Assembly (NCBI GenBank): GCA_041665025.1
Contig: JBAYJP010000001.1
Span: 110,555-174,554, forward strand
Direction of reading: 5' to 3'
DNA: 64,000 nucleotides
DNA from: Candidatus Magasanikiibacteriota bacterium
GTDB lineage: Bacteria; Patescibacteriota; Patescibacteriia; Magasanikbacterales; UBA922
The position numbers were made by a program, and so were the translations under genes. Of this stretch, positions 58,869 to 64,000 are shown in pieces. Within the stretch, counting starts at the first letter, position 1. Every line of letters begins with the position of its first letter. The notes beneath the pieces are model-generated. The model worked only from the letters and a program-made list of their open reading frames with translations. It searched no databases and was not told the DNA's origin.

Positions 58869-59096
58869 ATGGGAACGGCTGGCCTCGAGCATTTGCTTGG
58901 CTCGAGTGGGTGGGTTGTGGAGCCGAATGGAGCTCCTGCCCAAGACCAGCCGATCGACTGCCACAGGTTGTTCGCTAGCGACCCTGTATCGGAATTTCCG
59001 GGGACGGGAAGCTTTCCGTCCTGCCCAGGGGCTGCAAAAACCTACGACAAATCGACGAAGCACCTTATCACAAAGACGATAAAATGTCGACAATAA
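58869..59096 (+). CDS. small hypothetical protein on GC-rich island E
   Basis: ATG 10 nt after GGGAGG. About 58% GC. Followed directly by the terminator aaaacccgcgtctttgcgggttttt. Coding status is uncertain. Confidence 0.35.
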   Translation: MGTAGLEHLLGSSGWVVEPNGAPAQDQPIDCHRLFASDPVSEFPGTGSFPSCPGAAKTYDKSTKHLITKTIKCRQ

Positions 59097-59125
59097 AACC
59101 CGCGTCTTTGCGGGTTTTTATTTTT
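59096..59125 (+). terminator. rho-independent terminator aaaacccgcgtctttgcgggtttttattttttt
   Basis: Perfect GC stem plus a long T-run. Confidence 0.65.
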
Positions 59126-59137
59126 TTATTCTGTTTA

Positions 59138-59452
59138 CTAAGCTACTTTCGCTATCTTCACTTTCGTAAAATGCTGTCTATGTCCATGTACTTTGTGATA
59201 ACGAATTTTTCTCTTGTATTTAACTACTCTAATCTTTTTAGCTCTGGCTTGTTCTTCTACAGACGCAGTCACTTTTGCACCAGAAACATATGGAGCGCCA
59301 AGCTGTATATTTAGACCATCTTCATCGCTAAGAAGCAATACCTGGTCAAAAACAGCTTCTTTACCTGCTTCAAGAGCTAATTTCTCTATTCTTAAGGTGT
59401 CACCAGCCTTTACCAGATACTGTTTTCCACCTGTTGCAATAACGGCTAACAT
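59138..59452 (-). CDS. rplU: 50S ribosomal protein L21
   Basis: MLAVIATGGKQYLVKAGDTLRIEKL is a classic L21 N-terminus. 104 aa. Confidence 0.9.
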   Translation of the reverse strand: MLAVIATGGKQYLVKAGDTLRIEKLALEAGKEAVFDQVLLLSDEDGLNIQLGAPYVSGAKVTASVEEQARAKKIRVVKYKRKIRYHKVHGHRQHFTKVKIAKVA

Positions 59453-59539
59453 AATTTTTAAATTTAGATTATTAGATAATTGGTATTAGGGAAACGGTGA
59501 TAGTTTAGCTCATTTAAAAAGAAAAGTCAAGGGGTTGGA

Positions 59540-59640
59540 TAAGTTGACTAAGTTTTCTAAATTTACTAAGTATCTAAGTTATAGAAAACCAATCACAACT
59601 TAGCCAACTTAGGTACTTAATAAACTTAGTTACTTTGGTA
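59540..59640. repeat. family C palindromic intergenic element (actaagt/acttagt words)
   Basis: gttgactaagttttctaaatttactaagtatctaagttatagaaaaccaatcacaacttagccaacttaggtacttaataaacttagttac. Confidence 0.6.
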
Positions 59641-60097
59641 AGGTCATTACATCCCCTATCTTAAGCCCATTTTTCTGCGTCCAGCCAGCCTGCAGTTCAA
59701 GGACCAAATTTGCCTCTGTACGCGGATAATAGCGTGCCAACTCTTGTTCCGAAGCATCTGGTTCGATGGGGACATTGGGGGCAATATCCACAACTACCCC
59801 ATCTTTAAGCCACACAATGTCAATGGGAAATTCCATGTCCCTCATGACAAACGTATGCTTATCAAGTAAATAAAATGGAAAAATCATGCCATCATACGGC
59901 GCAAGTTGTTTTCTTCCGCCCAAGCCTTTGTATTGTTGATATATATTCTTTGCTACGAGTACATGCAATTCTTGATCTTTCAAAGAAATACTCATACTAC
60001 TCCAGTGAAACCGTTGCCAAAAAAATAAAAAAATGGCAGTAGCAAAAAAAATACCGATAAAATATAACATTTTTTTGGATAATGGTTTTGATGACAT
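59630..60097 (-). CDS. DUF192 domain-containing protein
   Basis: N-terminal TM, then ...YDGMIFPF....FVMRDMEFPIDIVWLKDGVVVDI...LVLELQAG matches the DUF192/COG1430 pattern. Confidence 0.65.
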   Translation of the reverse strand: MSSKPLSKKMLYFIGIFFATAIFLFFWQRFHWSSMSISLKDQELHVLVAKNIYQQYKGLGGRKQLAPYDGMIFPFYLLDKHTFVMRDMEFPIDIVWLKDGVVVDIAPNVPIEPDASEQELARYYPRTEANLVLELQAGWTQKNGLKIGDVMTLPK

Positions 60098-60188
60098 AAT
60101 ATACAGCTCATGTACGAAATACGAAAGCTACGAAATATCCGAAATAACACTTTCGTACCTTTCGCAGTTTTCGTATTTCGTACATAAA

Positions 60189-61253
60189 TCATTCTTTACC
60201 TTGTCCATTTCTTTTAGAGAAATATATCCCTACTAATAGCATTAGTATAAACAAAAACACCAGTGCAATCAACTTTTGTTTGCTCTGCAAGAATAATGCG
60301 GAAATACCAAACAAAAGCGCAATGGCATACAACAAAATTACTGTCTGTTTTTGGCTCATTCCTGATTCAAGCAACTGAAAATGCAAATGTTCATTATCTC
60401 CTACATATACCGGTTTGCGTTTCTGAATACGACGAACGATGACGCGCACTACATCCAAAACAGGTACAGCCATAACTAATAGTGTGGTTGCAATCTTTCC
60501 TCCAGAAACAATAGCCAAAGATGCTAACATAAATCCTGCAAATAAACTGCCACCTTCACCTAAAAATATTTTTGCTGGATGCCAATTCCATACCAAAAAA
60601 CCAAGAACAGTACCCGCAAATACAATAGATAAGACCGCTACGTCTGGCTGATACCATTGTTTTTGTATTGACAAAAAGAAAATAATCAAAGCTCCAATAC
60701 TTACAATACCCGACACCAGGCCATCAAGACCGTCTAAAAATTTTGTTGTAAACATCATGCCCATGAGCCAGAGGAAAACGAGTGAGTCAGCAACAACTAC
60801 AAGTGTACCCAATCCGTCAACCGTAATTTTCCATTTTGATAAATCAATAATACCACCCCAAGGACTCGTGATAACGTGCGGTCCAATGCCAAACGCAATT
60901 ATACAAAGGGCTGCTAACACAGGAAATAAAATCTGATATCGCGGACGGAGTACATATTTATCATCGAGTAGTCCGCCGATCATCAAAATTAACCCTCCTA
61001 CAAAAAGTCCAAGAATATTTCTCGGCACAACATCTATTTCAAAATATCTTCCCGTACTTAAAATAAATGCAATCACCACAAAAAAACTCACAAAAATTGC
61101 AAGCCCACCTCCAAGAGGCACACTGTTTTTATGAATTTTTCGTTCATCCTTTTTTGCTCTGTCTATTACATCCAGTTTTCGCATGAGAATAGCAACAATG
61201 CCAGTAAGAATGAGGCAAAGGAGAAAAGAGATAAAAAAATAGGCTAAGTACAT
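60189..61253 (-). CDS. polyprenyl-phosphate N-acetylhexosamine-1-phosphate transferase (MraY/WecA family)
   Basis: 10-11 TMs, VPLGGGLAIF, a DD-containing loop LLDDKYVL and the MraY/WecA cytoplasmic-loop pattern. Confidence 0.75.
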   Translation of the reverse strand: MYLAYFFISFLLCLILTGIVAILMRKLDVIDRAKKDERKIHKNSVPLGGGLAIFVSFFVVIAFILSTGRYFEIDVVPRNILGLFVGGLILMIGGLLDDKYVLRPRYQILFPVLAALCIIAFGIGPHVITSPWGGIIDLSKWKITVDGLGTLVVVADSLVFLWLMGMMFTTKFLDGLDGLVSGIVSIGALIIFFLSIQKQWYQPDVAVLSIVFAGTVLGFLVWNWHPAKIFLGEGGSLFAGFMLASLAIVSGGKIATTLLVMAVPVLDVVRVIVRRIQKRKPVYVGDNEHLHFQLLESGMSQKQTVILLYAIALLFGISALFLQSKQKLIALVFLFILMLLVGIYFSKRNGQGKE

Positions 61254-61386
61254 ATAATAATTTTCATGAGTATTTTACTCCACTTACGTTTCCTTGACAA
61301 CTCTCTCTCTCTTTGTTAGCGTTATCTCAAGTTTCTCGGTAGACGCCGAGAATTTTGCCGAATGACGCACAGCGCGGAGGACGTCG

Positions 61387-61662
61387 ATGAGTACTCTCTT
61401 TTACATCGGGGCACTGGCAGGGTGGATCGCCGTCGGCTTCTACGTCGCCGCCATGTGTCTCCCCAAGGTCGACCACACGATGTTGGGCAAGCTGTTGAAG
61501 TGGCTCGATGTGCTCCCCAGTCCGAGCAACGTGATCCTCAAGTTCATGGCGGGGTTCATGCTCGCCATCGCTGTCGTCATCCTCCTGCTCAGCTGGGGTG
61601 CGGTCTGGCCGCTGTCCATCCCCATCGAGCGCTTCGTCTACTGGTGGCGACGGCGGGCGTGA
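61387..61662 (+). CDS. small 2-TM membrane protein on GC-rich island F
   Basis: GCGGAGG SD 6 nt upstream of the ATG. About 62% GC. Followed by a second SD plus a 16-codon Cys-rich micro-ORF and a 12-bp inverted repeat (aaacccacctgc...gcaggtgggttt). Confidence 0.4.
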   Translation: MSTLFYIGALAGWIAVGFYVAAMCLPKVDHTMLGKLLKWLDVLPSPSNVILKFMAGFMLAIAVVILLLSWGAVWPLSIPIERFVYWWRRRA

Positions 61663-61802
61663 ACAACTTCCGACTTCGGTCGGCGCGGTTCAAGGAGGGA
61701 CGCGATGGAAAGGACGACGAAACCCACCTGCGACTGCGTATGTGTCTGAATATCAGACATATACGAAGGAGATGCAGGTGGGTTTTGTTGTATAGAAATA
61801 TT

Positions 61803-62108
61803 TTAATATTTTCTTCTTTTCAATTCTTTACACAAATCCAAAATATCTTGCAACATATATTCCCTTCTAAATAATACTTGATCATTGGTAAACCTTTTTG
61901 TTATATAACCATGAATTCTAAACCAATGATCTCGATTCCTGTCATATTCAATTTGTTGATAATGTATCGGACCATCAACTTCAACAATCAATTTGCACTC
62001 ATGACAATAAAAGTCCGCTATGAACGGACCAATACTAAATTGCCTACGAAATTTATACCCTCCCAAACGTCTATCTCTCAATTCATACCATAAAACTTTT
62101 TCTGCCAT
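61803..62108 (-). CDS. DUF559 endonuclease-domain protein (Vsr-like fold)
   Basis: ...LWYELRDRRLGGYKFRRQFSIGPFIADFYCHECKLIVEVDG... The start is set at MAEKV; the upstream extension in the ORF track runs through a GC-rich multi-hairpin element. Confidence 0.7.
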   Translation of the reverse strand: MAEKVLWYELRDRRLGGYKFRRQFSIGPFIADFYCHECKLIVEVDGPIHYQQIEYDRNRDHWFRIHGYITKRFTNDQVLFRREYMLQDILDLCKELKRRKY

Positions 62109-62199
62109 TGTCTGATTCCTGCGTAATCTCCTGCGCCTTTCAATAAAGTGAGGTTTATTTTTGAAAAAGTCGGAATATCGAATCACAAAAGAATAATTT

Positions 62200-62292
62200 A
62201 GAAACGTTCCTCCCCTAGTAGGGGAGGTCAGGTGAGGTTGAGGCAGCCATAACCTCACCCTGTCCCTCTCCTACCGAGGAGAGGGAACGTGC
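62200..62292. other. GC-rich triple-hairpin structured element enclosed by an outer stem (candidate structured RNA or MITE-like element)
   Basis: cgttcc [cctcccctagtaggggagg] tca [ggtgaggtt-gaggcagccat-aacctcacc] ctgt [ccctctcc-taccga-ggagaggg] aacg. Three perfect or near-perfect hairpins inside the outer stem cgttcc/ggaacg. Confidence 0.4.
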
Positions 62293-62308
62293 TAAGGACG
62301 TTTTTGTT

Positions 62309-64000
62309 TTATCCACGCTCCACCCTCATCTGACACCCTTCGCCCACTATCACTACATCACGCCTTTGTAATTTATTTTGCAATACCAGTTCTGCTAAAT
62401 AATTTTCAATGCGGTCTTGAATAGCACGACGCATAGGACGCGCGCCAAAGTCTGGATCAAACCCAACATCCGCAAGCGCTTCAAGAGCGGCATCTTCAAA
62501 CCGAAGTTCAACTCCGCGAAGTTCAAGATCTTTGCCAACACCTTTCAACATCAATCCTGCAATCTGTTTTATTTCATCACGATTCAATGCTTTGAACAAT
62601 ACAATGCCATCAAAACGATTCAAAAACTCTGGACGATAATATTGGCGCAATTCACCACGAATGAGATGATCGCGAATCACGTCTAAATCAACACCCTGTT
62701 TCATTTGATCTTGAACATAACTCGTGCCTGCGTTTGACGTAGCGATGATAATGCTGTTGGTAAAATCAACTACACGTCCGACACTATCGGTAAGACGACC
62801 ATCATCAAATACTTGCAAAAATAAATTCAAAATATCTGGATCTGCTTTTTCAAGTTCATCAAGCAAAATGAGAGAAAACGGATTTTGCCGTACAGCTTCA
62901 GTGAGAAGTCCGGTACCCTGCTGTCCTGGCTGTCCAATAAGACGATACACCCCGCTTTTGTCCTGATATTCACTCATATCTATACGGATCATGCGTTCTT
63001 CTCCGCCAAAATAAACATGGGCAATTGTTTTGGCAAGTTCTGTTTTCCCAACACCCGTGGGACCAAGAAACAAAAAGTTTGAAATAGGTCTATTTTTGGA
63101 ACGAATATCTGCGCGAGCCCTGCGAAGGGCGTTGGCAACCATCTGAACCGCCACATCTTGACCTATTACCCGCTTGTGCATTTCATCTTCAAGACGCAAT
63201 AATTTTTGTGATTCATCTTCTGAAATACTCGTAACGGGTATACCAGTTTTTTCGCTCACAATTGAAGCAACATCTTCGGCAGTGACCAAATGATTTTCTC
63301 CTTTGTGTGAACGCGCGAAACTCGCCACTTCGGACAGAAGCGACATAGCACTCTCGGGCAAATTTTGATCATAAAAAAACTTTTTTGCGAGTACCACGCA
63401 CCGGTCAATAGAATCGTACGAAAAAAATATATTATGTTTGTATTCCACACTGCCTGCCTTTGATTCCAATACTTGAATTGCTTGGTTGGTATCCATTTCT
63501 GCGACTTCTACTTTGGTAAATAATGTACCAATTTCTGTATTTACAATATGCTTCGCATATCCATCAGGCAGAGTCGTAGCAAACATAATAAACCGCCCAG
63601 TGCTCAAATGTTCTGCCAAAGCCTCTGACACATCCAAACCTTCACCTTGGGTATCTGCCATGCCCGTAAGGTCGTGTAAATTATTAATAAACAAAATAAT
63701 ATTTTTTGCACGGCCCACTTCATTCATAATGCGAATCAAACGTTCTTGCGCCCCTGCAACTGTCGTCCCTGCCATAAGTGCGGATGTCGATATCTGCACA
63801 AAACGCTTATCTACCAGACGTTGTGGCGCATCGCCCTGCACCATGCGCGATACCACACCTTCGATAATAGACATCTTTCCCACGCCGTGTTCGCCTACCA
63901 AAATAACATTTTGTCTTCCACCTTCAATAATGCGAAATATTTCTTCAATTTCCTTATCACGCGCAACGCATTGGCTAATTTGTCCATATTTTGCCGCAAT
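62309..64000 (-). CDS. Clp ATPase, ClpC/ClpB family (chaperone subunit); N-terminal part lies beyond the window
   Basis: Two AAA+ modules: NVILVGEHGVGKMSIIEG (NBD1) and FLFLGPTGVGKTELAKTIA (NBD2), the sensor GARPMRRAI and a C-terminal small domain. The ORF is open to the window end. Confidence 0.85.
   Translation of the reverse strand: MAAKYGQISQCVARDKEIEEIFRIIEGGRQNVILVGEHGVGKMSIIEGVVSRMVQGDAPQRLVDKRFVQISTSALMAGTTVAGAQERLIRIMNEVGRAKNIILFINNLHDLTGMADTQGEGLDVSEALAEHLSTGRFIMFATTLPDGYAKHIVNTEIGTLFTKVEVAEMDTNQAIQVLESKAGSVEYKHNIFFSYDSIDRCVVLAKKFFYDQNLPESAMSLLSEVASFARSHKGENHLVTAEDVASIVSEKTGIPVTSISEDESQKLLRLEDEMHKRVIGQDVAVQMVANALRRARADIRSKNRPISNFLFLGPTGVGKTELAKTIAHVYFGGEERMIRIDMSEYQDKSGVYRLIGQPGQQGTGLLTEAVRQNPFSLILLDELEKADPDILNLFLQVFDDGRLTDSVGRVVDFTNSIIIATSNAGTSYVQDQMKQGVDLDVIRDHLIRGELRQYYRPEFLNRFDGIVLFKALNRDEIKQIAGLMLKGVGKDLELRGVELRFEDAALEALADVGFDPDFGARPMRRAIQDRIENYLAELVLQNKLQRRDVVIVGEGCQMRVERG

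Noticed and set aside
61362-61874. 170-aa Arg-rich ORF spanning island F
   Set aside because: Alternative frame of GC-rich DNA (Arg/Pro/His-rich, no SD). Typical spurious ORF in high-GC sequence.

Overview
The window is AT-rich (about 30-35% GC), gene-dense bacterial DNA. The gene set suggests a small-genome, CPR/Patescibacteria-like organism, but that assignment is inference. Native genes mostly lack Shine-Dalgarno motifs. There are several NUDIX, HIT, GIY-YIG, DUF559 and four-helix-bundle genes, and many glycosyltransferases.

Recognisable housekeeping genes: dnaX, dnaB, ybaB-recR, glyA, pyrG, murA, era, rplI, rplU, tsaE, queH, rarA, ctpA, a Clp ATPase, a bacterial Elp3 homologue, a PLP-dependent histidine decarboxylase and one tRNA-Gln(CUG). 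A cell-surface polysaccharide locus (RmlA-like, rmlB, RmlD-like, a SIS isomerase, four GT2, one GT4, a WecA/MraY-family transferase and GT-C-like membrane proteins) lies next to a tight HIT / kinase-like / NUDIX / tandem-NUDIX / NUDIX operon.

Three things the annotation does not explain:
1. At least six short GC-rich islands (about 55-65% GC). Each has a canonical GGAGG Shine-Dalgarno, a small ORF and in most cases a hairpin terminator. One encodes a second CDP-alcohol phosphatidyltransferase. They look like foreign cassettes with different translation signals.
2. Several families of word-like palindromic intergenic repeats that bracket individual genes. Two families are also inserted in-frame in unrelated proteins. 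They encode a KIKRL peptide in Elp3, TsaE and a GT2, and a GTGNK peptide in RarA, a GT2 and a GT4. This is reminiscent of Rickettsia palindromic elements.
3. A tRNA-Gln followed by degenerate echoes of its own 3' end. Next to it is a 3-gene ABC-transporter cassette bounded by two identical 24-nt hairpin copies, which looks like an integration or cassette scar.

Other items flagged: a T4CP-like ATPase cluster, a methyltransferase flanked by inverted-repeat elements, a perfect 44-bp palindrome, an ACGTG-repeat regulatory region and a triple-hairpin structured element.
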